From assembly GCA_041752695.1 (NCBI GenBank), contig JBGSVZ010000038.1, positions 128,001 through 192,000 on the forward strand: DNA of 64,000 bases, given 5' to 3'. Below, one piece after another: positions 19,793 to 25,612 of this stretch; position 1 is the stretch's first letter, and every line of letters starts with the position of its first letter. Below the pieces are notes generated by a model. The model was not told the DNA's origin, made no database searches, and saw only the letters and a program-made list of their open reading frames with translations. The position numbers and the translations under genes were made by a program. This DNA is from Terrimicrobiaceae bacterium. GTDB taxonomy: Bacteria > Verrucomicrobiota > Verrucomicrobiia > Chthoniobacterales > Terrimicrobiaceae.

Positions 19793-19836
19793 CCTCGCCC
19801 TCCTACCGGGCGAATTGACGCTGGGCAAGGAGTGAT

Positions 19837-20010
19837 ATGAAAATCACTGCAACACTCGCAATCGCCGCCACGCTGGCACTCTCCGCGTGCGCCTCGAAAA
19901 CAAAACCTCCCGGGGTGGATATGGCCGCCATCTCCAAGCCCCTGAATGAGCAAGGGGAGACCCTGGAAGCCCTCCGCTCCGAACTCCAAGCCTTGAAAGG
20001 AGCCCGATAA
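19837..20010 (+). CDS. Small lipoprotein (spanin candidate)
   Basis: 57 aa MKITATLAIAATLALSAC... with LSAC lipobox; TAATG-coupled to the next gene; below the ORF-track cutoff. Confidence 0.7.
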   Translation: MKITATLAIAATLALSACASKTKPPGVDMAAISKPLNEQGETLEALRSELQALKGAR

Positions 20011-20525
20011 TGAAAAATTTCCTGATCGGTCTTTTGGTAATCGTCATCATCTTGGTCGTGGGTTGCCCTGCACAGGCGCAAACCAAACGCCCCGCGTCGC
20101 TGGACACGGCAATCTCGCTCGTGGACAAGGCGGATTCCCAGCGGAATGAAGCTCTCGCCAAAGTCGCCAAGGCGGAGACGCAAGTTGAGAACCTTAAATC
20201 CTGGGGCGTCGGCCAGTGGCAACGCGCTGAGGACGAAAAGGCGTCGAAAGAAAAATACCGTGGATCTCGGATCAGTTGGGCAATTTCCGGTGGCCTTGTT
20301 GGGGCGTTGGTTTTTGGTCTCCTGGGGCTGGCAATCGGCTCTGGTGTTCTGTCCTACCTTGTCCCTGACAAAAAGGCGTCTGTAGCCATCCCTGCGGCCC
20401 CGTCTGCGGCTCCTGCGGTCCCTATGGCTGAGATTCCCCCCCCGGCGCCTACTCCCGAGGAAATCGAAGAGGCAAAGGCCGTCCTCGCCCGCGTCGCGAA
20501 GAAACCCGCCAAAGCACGGAAATGA
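20010..20525 (+). CDS. Membrane protein, spanin candidate
   Basis: N-terminal hydrophobic segment ending VVGC, coiled coil, second TM helix, Pro/Ala tail. Confidence 0.6.
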   Translation: MKNFLIGLLVIVIILVVGCPAQAQTKRPASLDTAISLVDKADSQRNEALAKVAKAETQVENLKSWGVGQWQRAEDEKASKEKYRGSRISWAISGGLVGALVFGLLGLAIGSGVLSYLVPDKKASVAIPAAPSAAPAVPMAEIPPPAPTPEEIEEAKAVLARVAKKPAKARK

Positions 20526-20926
20526 ACAAAACCACGCTGCAAAAAGTAGGGGCGGGAATTTGGTCCTTTCTCTGTCTTCTCGGTCGGGCCGTCTTGGTTG
20601 TCTTGAAATGGTGCGCTGACCGCAGGGAAATCACGATCTGGCCCCCTGTCGTCGTGGGAATTCTACTCGTTTTCGGGTTCGGAATTTTCGTGGTGACCGG
20701 CTACAAACTCCTCAACGACGTTGGGAGCCTTGGCACGGCAATCATTACCCTCCTGAAAATCGGGGGCGTCGTGGCCCTGGTCGGGGCCTGCAAAACCAAA
20801 GGCTATTTGCTCTCAGACATTCGAGATGAAAATGACCCGGCGACGCCTTGGCAAAAGGTGGTTGGGTCGGACTTCGCTTTTGTGTTCGCAGTCTGCTTTT
20901 TGTCATGGGCCGTGCTCTCGCTATAA
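20522..20926 (+). CDS. Putative holin
   Basis: 134 aa with about 3-4 hydrophobic helices; overlaps the endolysin start. Confidence 0.6.
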   Translation: MNKTTLQKVGAGIWSFLCLLGRAVLVVLKWCADRREITIWPPVVVGILLVFGFGIFVVTGYKLLNDVGSLGTAIITLLKIGGVVALVGACKTKGYLLSDIRDENDPATPWQKVVGSDFAFVFAVCFLSWAVLSL

Positions 20927-21807
20927 TCGCGCTGGCGGGGCTCCTCTGGTGTCTCGCCGGTTGTGACCGTCCCGAGGTGCGGAAGGCTCTCCCTGTCATG
21001 CAGGAGAGGGTAGTTTCTGTCTTCCAGGGTGAGCCGATTTTCGCGGTCCCTGGAGGACCTGAGTTTTCTGAGAAGGGCTGGCAGCTCGTCTTGGAGTTTG
21101 AGGTTGGGGGCGGAAAAGCCTACTACGAAAAAGGTCTGAAACGGATCAACTGGCCGGGGTATCAATCCGGCCCCACGGGCGGGATCGGGTATGATTTCGG
21201 GCACACCAGCGCGTTTCAAATCCGCAAAGACTGGAGCCCTTACCTGGACTCAAAAACGGTTGAACGGTTGGCCGCTGCGAGCGCAAAGACTGGTCAAGCT
21301 GGCAAGGCATTTACGGCCGGCCTGCGAGATATCGAAATCCCCTGGGAGGCCGCACAGGCGGTTTACAGGCAGTCCACGATTCCCCGCTTCTGGCAGCTCA
21401 CGAATCGCACGTGGCCGGGGAGTTCGGAGCTACAGGCGGACGGACAATGGCCGATCCTATCGCTGATTTTCAACCGGGGATCCTCTCTGACCGGCGAGAG
21501 ACGACGGGAAATGAAGGCGATAAAGCCGCTGGTGCCGCGCCAAGACTACGACGGCATGGCCACCCAAGTTTACAGTATGAAACGCCTCTGGCGGGGCACA
21601 GACATCGAAAGAGGTATGGTGAGGCGTAGGGACGCGGAAGCCGCTCTGTTGCTTTCCTGCGAGCGTGGAAAGCCGCTCTCCCAGGTCATCCGATACCGTC
21701 CGAGAGAAAAACGCTGGAATCTCTATCCCGTCCTGACCGCCCAAGCCAACGAAACGACAGGCAGGTACGACCTCACGGCAGAGCTGCGAGGGAGCATAAC
21801 TTTTTGA
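20905..21807 (+). CDS. Endolysin, lysozyme-like (pesticin C-terminal/T4-type fold) with lipoprotein signal
   Basis: FEVGG...WPG..SGPTGGIGYDFG, LSLIFNRG and G..RRRDAEA motifs; N-terminal LAGC lipobox. Confidence 0.8.
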   Translation: MGRALAIIALAGLLWCLAGCDRPEVRKALPVMQERVVSVFQGEPIFAVPGGPEFSEKGWQLVLEFEVGGGKAYYEKGLKRINWPGYQSGPTGGIGYDFGHTSAFQIRKDWSPYLDSKTVERLAAASAKTGQAGKAFTAGLRDIEIPWEAAQAVYRQSTIPRFWQLTNRTWPGSSELQADGQWPILSLIFNRGSSLTGERRREMKAIKPLVPRQDYDGMATQVYSMKRLWRGTDIERGMVRRRDAEAALLLSCERGKPLSQVIRYRPREKRWNLYPVLTAQANETTGRYDLTAELRGSITF

Positions 21808-21821
21808 CGGACTCCACCCTC

Positions 21822-21901
21822 TGCGGGGTAGAGGAGTCTGGTCGTCCTCGTCAGTCTCATAAGCTGGAGATCGTGGGTTCAAATCCCACCCCTCGCAACC
21901 A
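21822..21901 (+). tRNA. Phage tRNA with CAU anticodon (Met; initiator-like scaffold), CCA encoded
   Basis: Acceptor TGCGGGG/CCCTCGCA, D stem GAGG/CCTC, anticodon loop CTCATAA, T arm GTGGG-TTCAAAT-CCCAC, 3' ACCA. Confidence 0.9.
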
Positions 21902-21903
21902 TT

Positions 21904-22089
21904 TCAGAGGAGACTGGCTACGTATTTTCCTCGGGACAACTCTCCCCGGGCGGAGTCCAGTTTCTCCCACTTTTCCGGCGGCATGGAAATGCTCGCCGTG
22001 ACCACCGTCCGGCCCTTCCCAGAGCCGAGCTTTCGCCCAGCTCCCTTCCTCGCCCCTCCACGAGGGTCTTTTTTGATAACCTTTTTCAT
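21904..22089 (-). CDS. Small DNA-binding protein (GGAR.GAGR motif plus ribbon-helix-helix-like C-terminus)
   Basis: RGGARKGAGRK followed by ASISMPPEKWEKLD...SRGKYV. Confidence 0.7.
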   Translation of the reverse strand: MKKVIKKDPRGGARKGAGRKLGSGKGRTVVTASISMPPEKWEKLDSARGELSRGKYVASLL

Positions 22090-22274
22090 TTGAGGGAAGG
22101 TGAGGTTTTTCGCTCGTAGGCTGCAAGCTCAAGCTCAACCAGCGCGGCCGATTTCTGGGCAAAATCCGCCCTCAACCGGACGTAGTCCTCGGGACGGAAC
22201 CAGCTCAATTTCTGGGTCTCAATCTTGCGGATTGAAGAAAGTTCGGAGATGAGTTTTTTTCTAGTCGTTTTCAT
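22086..22274 (-). CDS. Phage hypothetical protein
   Basis: 62 aa from ATG at 22274, coupled to both neighbours. Confidence 0.6.
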   Translation of the reverse strand: MKTTRKKLISELSSIRKIETQKLSWFRPEDYVRLRADFAQKSAALVELELAAYERKTSPSLK

Positions 22275-22573
22275 TAGTCCACCTGGATGTAATCGCGCCA
22301 CGTGCAGTCGTCTGACGAAAATGCTTTAGCCATTTCCTCGCGGTCCTTTTCGTAGGTAACACCTTCGTTTTCGGGCACTTGGATAAGCTCCTCGCGACAA
22401 GCGAGGATGGTGAGGTCGTAACCAATCTCTTTGCCTTTTATGATGGCCCAGCCGCCCGTGGGGCAAATCCCGAAGGCGGAAGCGCCTTGGGCCTTGAGGT
22501 ATTCCGCAACCGTGGTTCCGGTGATGGTTTGTTTTTTCTGTCTGCCGATTTTGATGGTGAATTTGTTCTTCAT
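22274..22573 (-). CDS. Phage hypothetical protein
   Basis: 99 aa, first gene of a 3-gene reverse operon; upstream TGGACA-N16-TATGTT. Confidence 0.65.
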   Translation of the reverse strand: MKNKFTIKIGRQKKQTITGTTVAEYLKAQGASAFGICPTGGWAIIKGKEIGYDLTILACREELIQVPENEGVTYEKDREEMAKAFSSDDCTWRDYIQVD

Positions 22574-22637
22574 GACAATTCAGAACATAAGCCTCCTTTG
22601 ATATTTGTCCACAACATTTATCAAAAAGATTTAAGCC

Positions 22638-22677
22638 CGATCACGCGTGATCGCTCTCCCCCGGCCACGCGTGGCCG
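22638..22677. promoter_or_regulatory. Twin 16-bp perfect palindromes (candidate operators)
   Basis: CGATCACGCGTGATCG (22638-22653) and CGGCCACGCGTGGCCG (22662-22677) in a divergent intergenic region. Confidence 0.6.
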
Positions 22678-22697
22678 TTGACTCCCTACCCGAAAAT

Positions 22698-22892
22698 GTG
22701 CGACTCACCAAAAAACGCAAAGCGGGGAGGATCGAATTTTACTGCCCGCAGTTTCGCTCCCCGCTGGCCGTCCTGACCTTGGTCCCGGGAGGCTGGGTCC
22801 TGAGTCAGTTGGGCGAAATCAAAGCTTGCCTACCGCACTGGCAAGAATCTGACGCCATCGCCGAGGCAACCCGGCGAATCCTCGCCCCGTAG
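22698..22892 (+). CDS. Phage hypothetical protein
   Basis: 64 aa from GTG, 15 nt after TTGAC. Confidence 0.5.
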   Translation: MRLTKKRKAGRIEFYCPQFRSPLAVLTLVPGGWVLSQLGEIKACLPHWQESDAIAEATRRILAP

Positions 22893-22972
22893 CTAGTGTC
22901 TGGTGAGACACCGGCTGTTAAATTTCGTTTGTCCTTCACGAAGGACGAACGGATTGACGCTGGCCGTGGGGT

Positions 22973-23212
22973 ATGCACAAACGCCCACGTAAACCCCGCA
23001 AAATCCCCTGCACGATCTCGGGGCTCCTTGCCTTCCTCGAAGAGTTCGAAGTGGATACCATCGAAGCCGCAACCCTGATTCACCACCACACCAGCAAGAG
23101 CTGGGACGCCCTCAAACGCGGAATGGCGGGAATCGTCTTTGACCGCCGCAAACGCTCCCAGGAACGCTGGCAAGCCGGTTACGCCACAGAGCTGGAGGAG
23201 ATTTTCTCATGA
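22973..23212 (+). CDS. Phage hypothetical protein
   Basis: 79 aa, ATGA-coupled to the resolvase gene. Confidence 0.6.
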   Translation: MHKRPRKPRKIPCTISGLLAFLEEFEVDTIEAATLIHHHTSKSWDALKRGMAGIVFDRRKRSQERWQAGYATELEEIFS

Positions 23213-23694
23213 TCATCGGAGCCGATAACGGCGTTTCCGGGGCGCTGGTGGCCATCAGCGGGTTTGATGGTTCAATCATTTCGCAACTCCCCATGCCTAC
23301 CCAAAAGATACCCTCGGGGCGGGAGATTGATATTTTGGCGGTCTGGAAATGGATCAATAACTTAGACTCGCGAGACAAGATTTCCGTCGTGATAGAAGAG
23401 CCGGTCGGATCCAAATCCGCCACCGCCTCGCGGTCTATGGCAGCATCCTTTGCGGCCCTACGGACTGTCTGCGTCCTTAAAGCCTTGCAGTGGCACCGCA
23501 TCACCCCGCAGCAATGGCAAAAAGTCCTCTTACCCCGCTGCAAAGCCGGAGACACGAAACCCCGAGCCTTGGCCTTAGCCAAACAGCTCTGGCCGGATGA
23601 AACCTTTTTAGCAAATAAGAGGTGCAGAGTCCCACATGACGGCCTAATAGACGCCGCCTTGATCGCGGAATACGCCCGGAGGGCACGGCTATGA
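23209..23694 (+). CDS. RuvC-like Holliday junction resolvase
   Basis: IIGADNG..GA, VVIEE, P..WQK and DG..DAALIA motifs. Confidence 0.85.
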   Translation: MIIGADNGVSGALVAISGFDGSIISQLPMPTQKIPSGREIDILAVWKWINNLDSRDKISVVIEEPVGSKSATASRSMAASFAALRTVCVLKALQWHRITPQQWQKVLLPRCKAGDTKPRALALAKQLWPDETFLANKRCRVPHDGLIDAALIAEYARRARL

Positions 23695-23912
23695 GCCCTC
23701 GGGAAATAGAGAGGTTGGAGAGGAAAGAAAAATGCACGCTCCTGGAATTCTCGGACGCCTGCACACGCTGGCTTAGAGGGCGTGGAATCTCCACCCCTAT
23801 TGGCCGCTCCTTCCTCGTCGGAGAGGAACGAATCTCCCCCAAGAAAATGCCTAACGAAATCATTGACGAAAACTTAGGTTTCAAATCCTCCCGGGTCCGG
23901 GAGATGGCTTAG
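23691..23912 (+). CDS. Putative excisionase / small DNA-binding protein
   Basis: 73 aa basic ORF convergent with the integrase; positional inference. Confidence 0.45.
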   Translation: MSPREIERLERKEKCTLLEFSDACTRWLRGRGISTPIGRSFLVGEERISPKKMPNEIIDENLGFKSSRVREMA

Positions 23913-24991
23913 AGCGCGTCCAGCTCCCCGCCCTTAATCGAAGGGTGCATATAATTGCTCTCAATGGTCCTGACTTGATCCCCTGACCACATACTAATTT
24001 GGGTGGCGGAGAATTTCCCGGAATTGGCAAGCTCTGAGATAAACGAGTGCCGCATGGTGTGCATGCTTAACCTCCGCGTCCCCATGATGACCTTGTGTGC
24101 CTTCCTGAAGGCCGCAACATGCTCCTCGAAAGGTCTGCGTGGGTCCCATCTGTAAGTTTTAGAGTCCCTGTTGGGGTGCAGCATGTAAAGGTCTTGGGGA
24201 GTCCACTTATATTCCCCCAGGAAGGCACGAAATTCCTTATGAAGAGGAATGCTCCTCGCCAACTTGCTCTTAGTCTTCCAAACCCTCTTCCTCTTTTTCG
24301 TCTGAACCTCCTCAAACGCGGGGATCTGGATCACGCCCCGACCCAAGTCGAGCCAACCGGGGCGGAAATTGATGATCTCGTTTTTTCTCATCCCCGCGAA
24401 AAATCCCGCGAAGAACACAAACTTCAAATCCCCCTGCTCCTCGGAGACGGCTGCAATGATCTGACGGGCTTCATCGAAGGAAAAATGATCAGTCCTCCTG
24501 GCAACCGGCCGGCGTTTCGAAAACTCCACCCGGGCAGGTTCCTCTGCGAGATAGTCTCGCGCAAAGAGCCATTTCGCAAACGCGTGGAACCGCATTGAGA
24601 GGGTTCGGGCAGTGGCCTCGCTGCGGTCTTGATAAAGGTCGTAGAGAGCCTGCGAGCTGGAAGGCGTCACATCTTGTGTGGAAACCGCCCCAAGCCGCTG
24701 GATGGTCGCCTTGATGGCGTAGAGGGTGCTACTCGCGGTTGATCGCGTGAAGTTCGAAGCGGCCTCCTCGCTCTTGACGTAGTCTTGTGCAAGCTTGAAA
24801 AGTGGATTGGCTGCGTAGCTCTCAGATGGCCGCCCCCGCCTCGGACCGGCCTTGCGGATGGCCTCCCTTTTATCGGTGGTGTCCATGGAGACTCGGATTT
24901 TTTGACCCTTCGTGCGGTAATAGAGCCACCAGACTTCGCCCCGTTTGTAGAGGCCTCTGGCCGGGTCCCCGACCTGTAGTTTTTTCGGCAT
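23909..24991 (-). CDS. int: Tyrosine recombinase / phage integrase
   Basis: LYKRG.VWW arm-binding-type N-terminus, GMRKNE, HTMRHSF, catalytic Tyr in IESNY. Confidence 0.93.
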   Translation of the reverse strand: MPKKLQVGDPARGLYKRGEVWWLYYRTKGQKIRVSMDTTDKREAIRKAGPRRGRPSESYAANPLFKLAQDYVKSEEAASNFTRSTASSTLYAIKATIQRLGAVSTQDVTPSSSQALYDLYQDRSEATARTLSMRFHAFAKWLFARDYLAEEPARVEFSKRRPVARRTDHFSFDEARQIIAAVSEEQGDLKFVFFAGFFAGMRKNEIINFRPGWLDLGRGVIQIPAFEEVQTKKRKRVWKTKSKLARSIPLHKEFRAFLGEYKWTPQDLYMLHPNRDSKTYRWDPRRPFEEHVAAFRKAHKVIMGTRRLSMHTMRHSFISELANSGKFSATQISMWSGDQVRTIESNYMHPSIKGGELDAL

Positions 24992-25041
24992 GATTTGGAT
25001 GAATTTGGGTGCCTAGGAAAGGCACGAATTTGAGCCCGCAG

Positions 25042-25065
25042 TGTGGACAAAAACTGTGGACAAAA
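25042..25065 (+). repeat. Direct repeat TGTGGACAAAA x2 (candidate integrase arm-type sites)
   Basis: 11-mers at 25042-25052 and 25055-25065, between the integrase start and the att core. Confidence 0.5.
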
Positions 25066-25191
25066 GCCAGTAGAAAAAAAGTCCTCCTAGGAAAAATATC
25101 TGCAAACCACCCCCGCAAATGCCTGTATCCAAAGGCCACAGAAGCCTGTATTTGTCAGCTCAGGAAGGCCGTTCTTGGGGTCTTGGACTAT

Positions 25192-25236
25192 TCGTTCGCA
25201 ATGAGAAGGTCTGGGGTTCGAATCCCCATACCTCCA
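25192..25236 (+). pseudogene. 3' half of tRNA-Ala(CGC) = attR core
   Basis: Anticodon loop TTCGCAA, T arm TGGGG-TTCGAAT-CCCCA, acceptor 3' strand TACCTCC-A; no D arm or 5' acceptor strand upstream. Confidence 0.88.
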
Positions 25237-25506
25237 CTGCCGCGAAGCGGCCATAAAAAACTCCGGGGATGAGAACGGAGTTCGACGGCCCCGCGCGAAG
25301 CGCCTCTGGAGAGCAAAGCCAAAATCGCAGATCCGCCCTGCGGGATAATCCCCATACCTCCACTGCCGCGAAGCGGCCATAAAAAACTCCGGGGATGAGA
25401 ACGGAGTTCGACTGCCCCGCGCGAAGCGCCTCTGGAGAGCAAAGCCAAAATCGCAGATCCCGCCCTGCGGGATAATCCCCATACCTCCACTGCCGCGAAG
25501 CGGCCA
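25221..25506 (+). repeat. tRNA-linked tandem repeat, ~2.3 copies of a 126-127 bp unit
   Basis: AATCCCCATACCTCCACTGCCGCGAAGCGGCCA starts at 25221, 25347 and 25474; the units are nearly identical. Confidence 0.9.
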
Positions 25507-25519
25507 GAAATCTGGCAGC

Positions 25520-25554
25520 AAAAAGGCGGGGGACGTCGTAAACGTGCCCCGCCT
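25520..25554 (-). terminator. Rho-independent terminator for the PEP-CTERM gene
   Basis: AGGCGGGG.ACG...CGT.CCCCGCCT stem preceded by an A run on the plus strand. Confidence 0.7.
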
Positions 25555-25612
25555 ATGCGTGACTTAGAGCTGAAGGGACCAGCCTAAATTAACATTCGAT
25601 CACAGTCGGCAC

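Larger units (their letters stand above)
1327..22972 (+). promoter_or_regulatory. Recurrent TTGAC-N13..20-start motif (15 dispersed copies), candidate phage lytic promoter
   Basis: TTGAC at 1327, 3743, 6405, 6924, 8801, 9108, 9583, 11930, 16219, 18546, 19004, 19815, 21804, 22678 and 22954, each just upstream of a gene start; 10 have a 14-15 nt spacer. Confidence 0.75.
1..25236. mobile_element. Prophage (right portion; left end lies outside the window), lambda-like head module, non-contractile tail, integrated at tRNA-Ala(CGC)
   Basis: Co-oriented terminase-portal-protease-capsid-tail-lysis genes, then a tyrosine integrase at 23909-24991, then a tRNA 3' fragment at ~25192-25236 and an abrupt switch to CAZyme genes. 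Confidence 0.95.

Noticed and set aside
22597..22609. 13-bp match (GACAAATATCAAA) between the phage reverse-operon promoter and the host site at 53588
   Set aside because: A single AT-rich match lacking the CA(G/A)ACA repeat structure; chance cannot be excluded
1327..22958. TTGAC copies read as ordinary sigma70 -35 boxes
   Set aside because: A -10 box 17 nt downstream would overlap or follow the start codon, so the gene start would not be transcribed. Other TTGAC copies inside coding regions (e.g. 10861, 11140) have no start at this spacing and were treated as chance
25165..25236. Complete tRNA-Ala gene
   Set aside because: No D arm or 5' acceptor strand complementary to TACCTCC upstream; only the 3' half is present
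25221..25506. Possible CRISPR array (33-bp repeat seen three times)
   Set aside because: The intervening ~93-bp segments are near-identical rather than unique spacers, the repeat starts with the tRNA 3' end, and no cas genes are present
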